64,000 bases of DNA from Candidatus Kapaibacterium sp. (GTDB lineage Bacteria > Patescibacteriota > Patescibacteriia > UBA9934): NCBI GenBank assembly GCA_044350705.1, contig JBILHA010000001.1:355431-419430 (forward strand), read 5' to 3'. The position numbers and the translations under genes are program-made. Under the pieces are notes generated by a model. The model did not search any database. It was not told the origin of the DNA and worked only from the letters and a program-made list of their open reading frames with translations. Position 1 is the first letter of the stretch. Every line of letters starts with the position of its first letter. Shown here piece after piece: positions 34,852 through 44,769 of this stretch.

Positions 34852-36079
34852 TGGTTTTTATGAGCACACCGTCGGGAAGTTTTACGGGAGCACCTTCGGC
34901 AAACTGCTCCATTTCTACCGGCGTGATAGGACGAATGCTTTTTCCTTTGAAGCGAGCGTTGAGGACGCTTGCGTCAAAAATAGGGTGACGCTTTCCGTCT
35001 TGGATATAGAATACGGCACCATTGGTGGTGAGCTGATAGAGTTGTCCTTGGGGTGCAATAGTTGTGCGCGTGATCGCTGTTCCCATTTCATAGCTCTTTC
35101 GTTCAGCGTTTGAAATAGAGACGAGTTCATCTTCTGAGAATCCGATGGATCGGAACGTTTCCATGGAATCGATAGGTCGAAGGAGATCGTCTACGAGAAG
35201 GAAGATGGTTCCCTCTTCATCCTGAACCAGCGAGTAGTTGGGAAGAGAGATGGCCGATCCTTCCGGATAGCTTTCCAGCGTCGATTTGGAAATCTGTACG
35301 ATAAGATCAGCGTTAAAGCGGGACCTTAATGCGCTTTCTGAAGTAATTGCACGTCGGTAGCCTCCTTGTAAGAGCCAAACACCGTTTTCTCCGGGTACCT
35401 GCGCCAACGTTCCCGAGGGATATTCACGTCCAAACCATTCTTGCCACAGAATGGCAAAATTTTTGTTGCCGTGGAGGTGAGGGGTATAGGCGTAGAGTGC
35501 TGCAGTTGCGGCATTTTCCGGGACCACCGTTTCTCCACTGATGGTTATTGGTACTCCTGGACCATATTTTCCAGCGATGACGCCTTGTTCTTCGATGTCC
35601 ACTAAATAGCCGTCAATGAATTGCATGGCTGCGGAATTCACTTGTTTGCCGAATCCTTGCCAGCGTTGCACCGCAGGATCGTTCATGCTGCAATCATCAC
35701 ATACGCCGTATCCCATTGCCCAGTCTAGCTGCTTTTGTGTGGGATCCTCATCTTCCACCAAGCTTTGTTCTTTTTGCAGCATGACTAAAAGTACTTTTGG
35801 GCTGATGCCGTGATTTTGCGCGGCATACCAAATGATATCCGCGGCCCAGCGCATGCGACCGGTGTGATCGGCGAGACGCATGTCGCCGAGTGCGCCGCGC
35901 GCAGAGAGAAAAGCACGGATCTGATCAAGATCCATGGCAAAGGCATCGGTAAGTTCCGCATCTGAGAGAATATAGTTTGGGTCAAATGCACGCACAGGCT
36001 GCGCAATACCGAAAACTGTTGCAAGTGCGGCGCAGAGTGCGAGAATGCGGGGTCGAGACATATGGCTAAAGTATAGCAA
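34661..36079 (-). CDS. secreted hypothetical protein (signal peptide)
   Basis: MSRPRILALCAALATVFGIAQPVRA; 472 aa. Confidence 0.5.
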   Translation of the reverse strand: MLYFSHMSRPRILALCAALATVFGIAQPVRAFDPNYILSDAELTDAFAMDLDQIRAFLSARGALGDMRLADHTGRMRWAADIIWYAAQNHGISPKVLLVMLQKEQSLVEDEDPTQKQLDWAMGYGVCDDCSMNDPAVQRWQGFGKQVNSAAMQFIDGYLVDIEEQGVIAGKYGPGVPITISGETVVPENAATAALYAYTPHLHGNKNFAILWQEWFGREYPSGTLAQVPGENGVWLLQGGYRRAITSESALRSRFNADLIVQISKSTLESYPEGSAISLPNYSLVQDEEGTIFLLVDDLLRPIDSMETFRSIGFSEDELVSISNAERKSYEMGTAITRTTIAPQGQLYQLTTNGAVFYIQDGKRHPIFDASVLNARFKGKSIRPITPVEMEQFAEGAPVKLPDGVLIKTIDSPVVYVVSEGKRREIPSESVFTSFGYQWTNIIDVPQSVLNLHPLGEPLEAAIADGVQSAGN

Positions 36080-36144
36080 AAGAGAGACTTGCTGAGTACG
36101 CGACTTATCCCGTATGCTAGTGCCGTAGAATATAATTTCTTTTT

Positions 36145-36732
36145 ATGGCAAATCTCGATATTCCATCGCAAAAGTACATGCCTAACTTGCTCCACCTTCT
36201 TTCCCCTTGGGCAAATGAAGAAAAGCGTATTTTGAACGGACTTGTGGAAATTAATGCACGGAGCATTAACAAGTACGAATTTATTACCGAAACAGGTCAT
36301 TTGAAACTTGATCGCGTAGGATACTCTTCGTTGGCATACCCTGTTGCATACGGACTCATTCCGCAAACGTGGGATCAAGATAACGACATGCTCGACTTCG
36401 TGATTGCAGGTGTTACTGAGCCGCTTGTTCCTGGATCACTCGCTGAACTTCGTGTGATTGGTATTATCAAGTTTGAAGATGGGGGAGAGATTGATGATAA
36501 GGTTATCTGTGTGCTTGCGGATGATAAGCGCGTTGATCACATTACTTCGTACAAAGATCTTGGTCCGCACTGGGAGAAGGAAGTTGGTCACTACTTCGAG
36601 TTCTACAAGCATGTGAAGAAGCCAGGAACATGTAAGGTGCTTGGTTTCTTCGAAGCTGACGAAGCGGTGAAGACTATTCATGAGTGCATGGAACGATACC
36701 AGGCGGAAATTTTGCCACGCCTACAAGCGTAA
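36145..36732 (+). CDS. ppa: inorganic pyrophosphatase (family I)
   Basis: INKYEFITETG...DNDMLDFVI...DDKVICVLADD. Confidence 0.85.
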   Translation: MANLDIPSQKYMPNLLHLLSPWANEEKRILNGLVEINARSINKYEFITETGHLKLDRVGYSSLAYPVAYGLIPQTWDQDNDMLDFVIAGVTEPLVPGSLAELRVIGIIKFEDGGEIDDKVICVLADDKRVDHITSYKDLGPHWEKEVGHYFEFYKHVKKPGTCKVLGFFEADEAVKTIHECMERYQAEILPRLQA

Positions 36733-36740
36733 GAAAAAAA

Positions 36741-36770
36741 CCGAGCCACGGAGGGCTCGGTTTTAGTTTT
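36741..36770. terminator. bidirectional rho-independent terminator (ccgagcc-acggag-ggctcgg flanked by A7 and T4AGT4)
   Basis: Read directly from the sequence. Confidence 0.7.
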
Positions 36771-37077
36771 GTATCTCTGAAGATGGGGGAGAAGGGTATT
36801 TTTCGAGAAGCATTTTGATTTCCTCGAAAGCGGTTTTTAATTCTGACATTTGCATTTCGTTTACTCTTTTCAGGAGCTCCAGACTATATGCCTGCGGCGT
36901 ATTTTCGGTTACGTTTTTAAAGATCCTAATATTTTTAAGAGCTTCTCTGAGTTGAGGATTTGATGATTGCAAGAGACGCTGTTGCAGTTCTAGGCCAACT
37001 CTTCTCAGGAGTTGTTTTTCGCTTTCATTTCCTGTTTGTGGTACGGGTACTCGTTCTCTGCTTCCAAAGGTATTCAT
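36763..37077 (-). CDS. hypothetical protein
   Basis: 104-aa ORF. The real start may be an internal Met. Confidence 0.3.
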   Translation of the reverse strand: MNTFGSRERVPVPQTGNESEKQLLRRVGLELQQRLLQSSNPQLREALKNIRIFKNVTENTPQAYSLELLKRVNEMQMSELKTAFEEIKMLLEKYPSPPSSEIQN

Positions 37078-37129
37078 ATCCCGTATCTTACCTTGCTTCT
37101 TTTCGTTTTTTCCATCCTGGTGTGCATAT

Positions 37130-39769
37130 CTATCCCTTGCTTTGTTTTACTTTGATAACAATTTCTTGTTCTTTTGCATCGAGGGTTACGGTTGCGTGTT
37201 CGGTGATATCACCCTTGATGATGCGCAGTGCAAGAGGGTCAAGGATCAGGTGTTGGATTACGCGTTTGAGCGGGCGTGCGCCGTAGTGCGGATCAAAGCC
37301 TTTTTCTGCAAGCAGTTTTTTTGCTTTCTCGGTAGTTTTTATGGTTATGCCACGGTTTTCTTTCAGGCGTTTACTGACCAGTTCAAGTTGTAGATCTACA
37401 ATGTGCGTAATTTGCTCTGCGCTCAGTGGATGGAAGACGATCATGTCGTCTACGCGATTGAGGAACTCGGGCCTGAAGTGTTCTTTGAGGAGGCTGAGGA
37501 CTCGTTCTCGCGTTGCATCTTCTTGGGCAGTGTCGTCGGTAAATCCGATACTTAGTGATTTTCCTCCTGCAAGAATGGTGTCGCTTCCGATGTTTGAGGT
37601 CATGATAATGATTGTATTCTTGAAGTTGACGGTGCGACCCTTTGCATCAGTAAGGCGCCCATCGTCGAGGATTTGCAGGAGGGTATTGAACACGTCGGGA
37701 TGCGCTTTTTCGATCTCATCAAAGAGGAGTACGGCATACGGGCGTCGACGGACGATTTCGGTGAGTTGTCCGCCCTCGTCATAGCCGATGTAGCCTGGGG
37801 GAGATCCAACCATGCGTGAGACGCTGTGTTTCTCCATGTACTCACTCATGTCCAGACGAATGAGGGCTTTCTCGTCGTTGAACATGAATGTTGCCAGTGC
37901 TTTTGCGAGTTCGGTTTTCCCTACGCCTGTAGGGCCCAGGAAGATGAACGAACCAATAGGGCGATTCTCCTCGGAAATTCCCGCACGAGATCGGCGAAGC
38001 GCATTCGAAACTGCGGTAATCGCTTCGTCTTGTCCAACAACGCGTTTCTTTAGTTCATCTTCCATGCGTGCAAGTTTCGTCATTTCGCTTTCAAGCATTT
38101 TTGAGACGGGAATGTGTGTCCATCGGGCAACGACCATGGCGATATCTTCCTCAGTGATTACTTCTTTGAGTAGGCCGCGTTCTGCCTGAAATTTTCGGAG
38201 ATCATCTTCGAGCGCGATCAGATGGCGGCGCTTTTCGGGGATCTGTGCGTAGCGGATTTCCGCAACGCGCTCAAGGTTTCCTCTCCGCTCCTCGTATTCT
38301 GCTTCATTGGTCAGTTTTTCGACATCACCTTTTGTTTTTCTAATGTCTCCAATAATGCTTTTCTCGCTTTGCCAACGAGCTTCGAGATCGCGGGTTTTTT
38401 CGGAAAGATCGGCAAGATTTTTTTCGATGTCTTTTAAGCGTGTTTGCGATTCGTTGTCTTCTTCTTTGATGAGCGCACGCTTTTCGATTTGGAGACGTGT
38501 TTCTTCGCGCTTGAGGCGATCAAGTTCTTCTGGCATGGAGTCGATCTGTAGACGGAGTGCTGATGCGGCTTCGTCAATAAGGTCTACGGCTTTGTCAGGG
38601 AGCTGACGATCGGAGATGTAGCGAGAGGAGAGTTCAACTGCAGCAACAATGGCGCTGTCGGAAATGCGAACGCCGTGATGAATTTCGTAGCGCTCTTTCG
38701 TGCCACGGAGCATTGCAATAGCGTCGGCTTGATCCGGTTCTGCGACGAAGATCGGTTGGAAACGACGTTCAAGCGCTTGGTCTTTCTCAATATGCTTTTG
38801 ATACTCCTTCGTGGTTGTTGCACCAATAACGCGGAGTTCCCCGCGGGCAAGCGCAGGCTTCAGGAGGTTGCTGGCGTCCATGGGAGAGTCATCACCCTTT
38901 CCTGCACCCACGAGCATGTGGAGCTCGTCAATGAAAAGAATATATTTTCCTTCCGCTTCACGTACTTCTTTCATGAGTGCTTTGAGGCGTTCTTCAAATT
39001 CGCCGCGGAATTTTGTCCCTGCAATAAGAGATCCTAAATCCAGCGCAACAAGTTCGCGGTTTTGGAGGGTCTCGGGGACATCTGCGGCAATAATGCGTTG
39101 CGCAAGGCCTTCCACGATGGAGGTCTTTCCTACGCCGGCTTCTCCGATCAGGACAGGATTATTTTTTGTGCGGCGAGAAAGAACCTGCATGACGCGGCGA
39201 ATTTCTTCATCTCGACCAATGGTAGGATCTAATTTTCCATGTCGGGCGCGTTCGGTAAGGTTGGTGCAATATTTTTCTATTGCTTGATATTTTGCTTCTG
39301 GCTCGGGGGAGTCTACTTTTTGGGCGCCTCGGAGATTTTTGAGAGCTCCTAAAATAGTTTCGTCTTCAATGTCGTATTGCTTGAGGAGCTCTCCGGTGAG
39401 TTTATCTTGGAGCAAACCCAGAAAGAGGTGTTCTGTACTAATGTATTCGTCTCCGAACTGTTTTGCGCGTTCTGAGGCGTTTTGGAGTACGCTCGCCATG
39501 GAAGGCGCGAGCATAATTTGACCCACGGTCCCTCGTTCGACGTGGGCATGGCGGGGGAGCGTCTCGATAATGCGTTCAACGTCACTTCTGAGTGCACTGA
39601 GGGGTACCTCAATTTTTTTAAGGACGGTGACTACGAAGCCTTCCTCTTGAGAGAGGAGCGAGGAGAGGAGATGGATCGGTTCAACGCCATGTTGGCCATT
39701 GTCATTTGCAATGTACTGGGCGCGCTGGATTGCCTCTTGGGATTTGGAAGTGAAGTTATTGGGAATCAT
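37130..39769 (-). CDS. clpB: ATP-dependent chaperone ClpB (two AAA+ modules plus middle coiled-coil)
   Basis: 879 aa. Two GEAGVGKT / GPTGVGKT Walker A motifs and a long M domain. Confidence 0.9.
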   Translation of the reverse strand: MIPNNFTSKSQEAIQRAQYIANDNGQHGVEPIHLLSSLLSQEEGFVVTVLKKIEVPLSALRSDVERIIETLPRHAHVERGTVGQIMLAPSMASVLQNASERAKQFGDEYISTEHLFLGLLQDKLTGELLKQYDIEDETILGALKNLRGAQKVDSPEPEAKYQAIEKYCTNLTERARHGKLDPTIGRDEEIRRVMQVLSRRTKNNPVLIGEAGVGKTSIVEGLAQRIIAADVPETLQNRELVALDLGSLIAGTKFRGEFEERLKALMKEVREAEGKYILFIDELHMLVGAGKGDDSPMDASNLLKPALARGELRVIGATTTKEYQKHIEKDQALERRFQPIFVAEPDQADAIAMLRGTKERYEIHHGVRISDSAIVAAVELSSRYISDRQLPDKAVDLIDEAASALRLQIDSMPEELDRLKREETRLQIEKRALIKEEDNESQTRLKDIEKNLADLSEKTRDLEARWQSEKSIIGDIRKTKGDVEKLTNEAEYEERRGNLERVAEIRYAQIPEKRRHLIALEDDLRKFQAERGLLKEVITEEDIAMVVARWTHIPVSKMLESEMTKLARMEDELKKRVVGQDEAITAVSNALRRSRAGISEENRPIGSFIFLGPTGVGKTELAKALATFMFNDEKALIRLDMSEYMEKHSVSRMVGSPPGYIGYDEGGQLTEIVRRRPYAVLLFDEIEKAHPDVFNTLLQILDDGRLTDAKGRTVNFKNTIIIMTSNIGSDTILAGGKSLSIGFTDDTAQEDATRERVLSLLKEHFRPEFLNRVDDMIVFHPLSAEQITHIVDLQLELVSKRLKENRGITIKTTEKAKKLLAEKGFDPHYGARPLKRVIQHLILDPLALRIIKGDITEHATVTLDAKEQEIVIKVKQSKG

Positions 39770-39832
39770 AGAGAGAAAGGGATATGCGTGGGAACGTAGG
39801 GAGTAAGGGGAATGAGGTGCAGCATCGGCTGA

Positions 39833-39859
39833 TTAGCACTCTTTATTATAGAGTGCTAA
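39833..39859. promoter_or_regulatory. CIRCE element (HrcA operator) TTAGCACTC-N9-GAGTGCTAA, perfect match, 64 nt upstream of the clpB start
   Basis: Read directly from the sequence. Confidence 0.8.
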
Positions 39860-39928
39860 TTTAGCTTGTCAAAGGGCTTCTTTTCCTCGCTTGTGAACAA
39901 AGTTATTTTACGCTAATATTCGCTCTGT

Positions 39929-40357
39929 ATGTTTCGGTATCTCCTTGCAGTGGGGACAATTCTCTTGGTTGCTATGTTGCATATCCCCGCAACGGTCTTT
40001 GATTGGTATTTTTATTTCTGGTGGTACGACGTCATGATGCACTTTTTAGGAGGTGTCGCTGCAGGATTTGGGGGAGTGGCACTTTGGTTTACGCTTTTCC
40101 CCGATCTCTCTGTGCGTACGCGAGAAATTCTCGGCCAAGCGCTCTTTGTTTTGGGATTTGTCGCGATCGTCGGCATTGGATGGGAATGGTCTGAAGCAAT
40201 TATTGGTTCTTTAGAGGTTTCTTCTCTTGGCATGATGCAGCCAGGTTTGACGGACACCATGCTTGATTTTTATTTCGATCTGCTTGGAGGCGCAGTCGCT
40301 TGGCTTCTTGCGCAGCTCCTCCTTCTTGAAAGCAAGATGCGTTCTCGCTCAATGTAA
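39929..40357 (+). CDS. small polytopic membrane protein (VanZ-like?)
   Basis: Four predicted TM helices; DVMMHFLGGVAAGF motif. Confidence 0.4.
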   Translation: MFRYLLAVGTILLVAMLHIPATVFDWYFYFWWYDVMMHFLGGVAAGFGGVALWFTLFPDLSVRTREILGQALFVLGFVAIVGIGWEWSEAIIGSLEVSSLGMMQPGLTDTMLDFYFDLLGGAVAWLLAQLLLLESKMRSRSM

Positions 40358-40362
40358 AATGT

Positions 40363-41184
40363 ATGCAGGTTTCGTATCCACTGTTTACCGTTCCGCTGCA
40401 TTCCTTTTCCGCTGAGGAGTACCGGGCATTTCTTTATAAGGCTGTAGATCAATCTTCGGTAACTACTATTCATACAGTAAATCCCGAGATGCTGGTTGAC
40501 GCGCGTTTACATTCGGCCTTTGCCAAGATTCTTGCACAGGCGACGGCGTGTGTTCCTGATGGGGTAGGTATTCGCTATGCGTGCCTTGCACTTTATGGAG
40601 AAGTGATCGGCGTGCATCCAGGGGTTGATACGGTTTTTGATCTTGTAGACATCGCCCATGAAAAGCGATTGCGCATTGCGGTTTGTGGCGCTCGTGCTCA
40701 GGAGCATGAAGCATTTCGCACGTTGTTCGTCAGACGTGCTCCTGCGGCTGATTTGCTTTGCGTTGATCCGGGTATTATCGATGAGCGTGATCCCCACGTT
40801 CCTTTACCTGTTGTAGAGAAGCTTGTTTCTTTTGAGCCGCATATTGTGCTGGTTGCGCTTGGGCAGGGAAAGGGCATACGACAGGGAAAGCAAGAGCGCG
40901 TGGTGCAGGACCTTGCACCAAAAATTCCTTCCGCAAAAATCGTTATCGGCGTAGGGGGAGCGCTCGACATGTTGGGAGGTACGGTAGAGCGTGCTCCTTC
41001 CTGGATGCGATCGCGCAATCTGGAATGGTTGTATCGTTTTGTTATGCAGCCATGGAGGTTTAAGAGAATCGCAAAAGCGTTTCCCGTTTTCCCTGCGTTT
41101 ATCGTTTGGGAGACTTTTAAGAAACGGGTATTTTGGAAGGCGACTCTCCGTGTTCTGTCCCAGGTGTACAAAGATCTTCGTTAA
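40363..41184 (+). CDS. WecB/TagA/CpsF family glycosyltransferase (GT26)
   Basis: C-terminal GVGGALDMLGGTVERAPSWMRSRNLEWLYRFVMQPWRFKR. Confidence 0.75.
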   Translation: MQVSYPLFTVPLHSFSAEEYRAFLYKAVDQSSVTTIHTVNPEMLVDARLHSAFAKILAQATACVPDGVGIRYACLALYGEVIGVHPGVDTVFDLVDIAHEKRLRIAVCGARAQEHEAFRTLFVRRAPAADLLCVDPGIIDERDPHVPLPVVEKLVSFEPHIVLVALGQGKGIRQGKQERVVQDLAPKIPSAKIVIGVGGALDMLGGTVERAPSWMRSRNLEWLYRFVMQPWRFKRIAKAFPVFPAFIVWETFKKRVFWKATLRVLSQVYKDLR

Positions 41185-41206
41185 ATGGTATTTTACAGAA
41201 AATTTT

Positions 41207-42670
41207 ATGGATATTCGCACACGAATTGCCCCTTCTCCAACGGGATTTATGCATATTGGTACGCTTCGTACCATTTTGTGGGACTATTTTATGGCCCGTC
41301 AGGCAGGCGGCTCATTTATCATCCGCATTGAGGACACCGATCAAGAGCGGTATGTACCGGGGTCTGTTGAAGGATTGCTCCAGGCTCTTACGCGCGTTGG
41401 AATTGACTGGGACGAGGGGCCGGTGCTTCTTCCTGATGGAAGTTTGGGAGAGAGGGGGGCTCTCGGTCCTTACACCCAGACCAAGCGTCTCGATATTTAC
41501 GCAAAGTACGCCCAAGACCTTTTGTCTGCTGGGCATGCATACCACTGTTTTTGCTCTCCTGAACGTCTTGAAGAAATGCGCGCGGAACAAATGGCGCTCA
41601 AGCAGACGCCCAAGTATGACCGTAAATGCCTTTCGCTGAACATTGATGAAGTTGTCGCTCGACAAGCCGGGGGAGAGAAGTCAGTTATCCGCATGAAAAT
41701 GCCCGAGGGAGAAGTAACATTTGACGACGCAATACGTGGACGCATTTCTTTTGATCTGAAAGACGTTGATGACCAAGTTATCGTAAAGAGCAATGGTATT
41801 CCTACCTACCACCTTGCGGTGGTCGTTGATGATTACCTCATGAAGATTTCACATGTGCTTCGTGGGGAGGAATGGCTTTCTTCTACGCCTAAGCAAATTG
41901 TGCTGCATCACATGCTCGGTATTCCGATGCCGGTGTATGCGCACGTACCTCTTATCCTTAATCCAGATAAGACCAAGCTTTCAAAACGCAAGGGCGATGT
42001 TTCTGTAACGAGCTATTTGGAAAAGGGATATCTTCCTTCGGCTCTTCTTAACTTCCTTGCTACGCTTGGTTTTAATCCTTCCGCCTCTCAGGAGATCTTT
42101 ACTCTTGACGAGCTTATCAAGGCATTTGATATCTCGCGCGTCAATAAAAGCGGCGCGGTCATGAATATTGAGAAGCTCGACTGGATGAATAAGCAGTATC
42201 TCGTAGCCATGGGGGAGGGGGAGTATCTCGCGTATGCTCAGCAGTTTACCTCTGCTGATTTATCAGATCCTTTCATGCGCCGTGCAGCCTTGGTCGATAA
42301 GATGCGTGTCAGTCGGTTGACTGAATTAGCAAACATCCAGGAACAGTATTTTACGACGCAACAAATTAACCAAGAAGACCTTTTGGGAAAGAAGGGAAGC
42401 GCTAATACTGTAAAGGATGCACTCGAACGCATGGAAAAGCTTGTCACGTCTTTGCGTGATGAAACATTATCCGCACCTCAGCTTATCGAGGGTGAAATAA
42501 AGACGTATATTACCAATGAGGGTCTGCAGACGGGGTTGGTGCTTTGGCCGCTTCGTGTAGCACTATCCACACGTCTTCAATCTGCAAGTCCATTTGAGTA
42601 TCTGTATATTCTCCAGAAGGATGAATCACTCAAGCGTATCCGTGCCGCGCTCACTCTTTTTGGAGCTTAA
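41207..42670 (+). CDS. gltX: glutamyl-tRNA synthetase
   Basis: RIAPSPTGFMHIGTLRT (HIGH) and KLSKRKGDVSV (KMSKS-type). The track ORF starts upstream at 40991. Confidence 0.9.
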   Translation: MDIRTRIAPSPTGFMHIGTLRTILWDYFMARQAGGSFIIRIEDTDQERYVPGSVEGLLQALTRVGIDWDEGPVLLPDGSLGERGALGPYTQTKRLDIYAKYAQDLLSAGHAYHCFCSPERLEEMRAEQMALKQTPKYDRKCLSLNIDEVVARQAGGEKSVIRMKMPEGEVTFDDAIRGRISFDLKDVDDQVIVKSNGIPTYHLAVVVDDYLMKISHVLRGEEWLSSTPKQIVLHHMLGIPMPVYAHVPLILNPDKTKLSKRKGDVSVTSYLEKGYLPSALLNFLATLGFNPSASQEIFTLDELIKAFDISRVNKSGAVMNIEKLDWMNKQYLVAMGEGEYLAYAQQFTSADLSDPFMRRAALVDKMRVSRLTELANIQEQYFTTQQINQEDLLGKKGSANTVKDALERMEKLVTSLRDETLSAPQLIEGEIKTYITNEGLQTGLVLWPLRVALSTRLQSASPFEYLYILQKDESLKRIRAALTLFGA

Positions 42671-42673
42671 ACT

Positions 42674-43873
42674 ATGAAACTTTGGAGGAAAGTAAGTTTA
42701 TTGGCGCTCATGCCACTTTTGGTACTCAGTATCCCTCAGGTGCTTGTTGCTGCCACGGAAGAGGTAAAAGAACTCCAGGCTGAGATCCAAAACAAAAAAG
42801 CACAGGTAGAGAGCATGAGTAAGCAGCTTGACGAGTACCGTTCACGTATCGCGGAATATCAGAAGAAGGCCGTTTCCCTTGCTGGAGACGTTGCCCTTCT
42901 TGAGAATGAGCAAGCGCTTGCGGAGCTTGATATTGCGGCAACACAAACCGAGCTTGAAGCCGAAGAACTAGAGATTCGTCTTCTCCAAGAGCAAATGATG
43001 AACACTGATGCTGAACTCGCAACCCAGCAAGCCCTTTTAGAAGATGTGCTCTTTGCGCTGCACAAACAGGATATGCGCGGAGGTCCTCTTGAGGTAGTTA
43101 TCGGTGCGAATGATTTTGGGGATGTATTTCGTGCCGCTTCTCAGCTTGCAGACATGAATACTGATCTGCAAAAGGCGCTTGCGGCCACTCAAGAAACTCG
43201 CAATACCCTTGATGAGCAAGAGGCTAAGCGTGAGGCGAAAATGGCCATGCTTGTTGAATTAGCACAACAACTCCGGAAGAAGTCAGAAGCTCTTGAGGCT
43301 ACAAAGAATGCGAAGGTTGTGCTCATGAGCCAGACACAAGAGTCAGAGAATGAGTACCGCGCCCTCATAGGGAAGTTAAGGCAAGAGCAGCAGGCAGTTT
43401 CTTCACGTATTGATGAGTTGCAAAGTGAAGTAGAGCAAAGGCTTGCAGCGGAGACTGGAGAAGTTTCTGCGGTGACTGCCATTACTTGGCCTTTATCCGG
43501 TCGCATCACCGCAACATTTCACGACCCTACATATCCCTTCCGCAATCTTTTTGAACACTCCGGTCTCGATATCGCAGTAGCCCAGGGGACTGCTGTTGAA
43601 GCCGCGGCACCGGGAATTGTAGCTTGGGCGCGTACAGGTGTGCAGTATGGTAATTATGTGATGATCATCCACGCTAATGGTTTGGCAACATTATACGCTC
43701 ACATGTCACGACTGGACGTTGTGCAGGATCAGTATGTTTCCCAAGGAGAAGTTATTGGTCTTTCTGGAGGGCGTGCAGGATCGCCAGGTGCGGGGTTTTC
43801 TACGGGGCCCCATTTGCACTTTGAAGTACGCGAGGATGGTATTCCTGTAGATCCATATCGTTACCTCCCATAA
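42674..43873 (+). CDS. M23 family peptidoglycan metalloendopeptidase with N-terminal signal/anchor and long coiled coil (EnvC-like)
   Basis: C-terminal HxGLDIA...YGNYVMIIHANGLATLYAHM...GPHLHFEV. Confidence 0.8.
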   Translation: MKLWRKVSLLALMPLLVLSIPQVLVAATEEVKELQAEIQNKKAQVESMSKQLDEYRSRIAEYQKKAVSLAGDVALLENEQALAELDIAATQTELEAEELEIRLLQEQMMNTDAELATQQALLEDVLFALHKQDMRGGPLEVVIGANDFGDVFRAASQLADMNTDLQKALAATQETRNTLDEQEAKREAKMAMLVELAQQLRKKSEALEATKNAKVVLMSQTQESENEYRALIGKLRQEQQAVSSRIDELQSEVEQRLAAETGEVSAVTAITWPLSGRITATFHDPTYPFRNLFEHSGLDIAVAQGTAVEAAAPGIVAWARTGVQYGNYVMIIHANGLATLYAHMSRLDVVQDQYVSQGEVIGLSGGRAGSPGAGFSTGPHLHFEVREDGIPVDPYRYLP

Positions 43874-43910
43874 AATGTGAGGCCCCGTAGTGAGGCCTCA
43901 CATTTTATTT
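43872..43910. terminator. 13-bp stem hairpin aaaatgtgaggcc...ggcctcacatttt followed by ATTTT
   Basis: Read directly from the sequence. Confidence 0.75.
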
Positions 43911-44247
43911 TGTAAATAGAGCTAATCCCTATAGGACCCCTAAATCAACCCAGGCCATTTAAATGCGTTGTCCAAATGGAGCCTTCTGAAGCCTCACGAT
44001 GAACATCTTGGAATTGATGTTGCGCCAAGTATCTTGTAACGGCTTGGCATGTCTTGGTGACAAACCCCATTTGCTAGGTGAGAGTACCCGTTGATCCTGC
44101 TAACTATCTTAGGTAGAAAACTGGCTATGGTTCGTAAATGATATATTGTACGACTCAACCGAATACACAACATCATAAACAGAAAACACCCAAAGGATGC
44201 CCCTCAGGTGTTTCCCTACTCTACCCGTGGAGATTACCATCTGGGCA

Positions 44248-44757
44248 TTATTTTTGAGCGGTACCTTGATAAGTGCCCGTGCAGTATTCTTCCTCTTGCA
44301 CATCAAGCACGCACGTAAATGGCACCGTATTCTCACCAAGCTTGGGAAGCGCAGTGCAGGTCACCTTCCCTTCTGGAGTTTCGATTCCAGAAACGCGTGA
44401 CTCACTGGTGAAGAACATTCCGAGTGAAAGGTCACGCTGTTCGTCCGCTGATGCGACGTAATAACCTTTCACATCATCAAAGTAAAACGTGAAGGTTTCT
44501 AGACCCTTCTCGACGCACGTTCCTTCGCCATTTGAAAAGGTATAGAGCGTATATCCATTTTCTTGCCCTGGAACGCTTGGTGTTTTCTTGGTGTACCAAA
44601 TGGTATTTTCGAGCTCCGCAAGAGGAACCGGTTTGCTTTGCGCTTTTTGGCCCACTGAGGCACTTTCTTCTGGTTCATTTTCTTGTGACGTACAACCTGC
44701 ACCAACAAGACTGAAGGTGCTTACTGCAAGAAGTGCAGCGAAGATTTTTTTATACAT
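44248..44757 (-). CDS. lipoprotein, function unknown
   Basis: Lipobox LVGAGC. Confidence 0.55.
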   Translation of the reverse strand: MYKKIFAALLAVSTFSLVGAGCTSQENEPEESASVGQKAQSKPVPLAELENTIWYTKKTPSVPGQENGYTLYTFSNGEGTCVEKGLETFTFYFDDVKGYYVASADEQRDLSLGMFFTSESRVSGIETPEGKVTCTALPKLGENTVPFTCVLDVQEEEYCTGTYQGTAQK

Positions 44758-44769
44758 AAGGCCCTTGCA

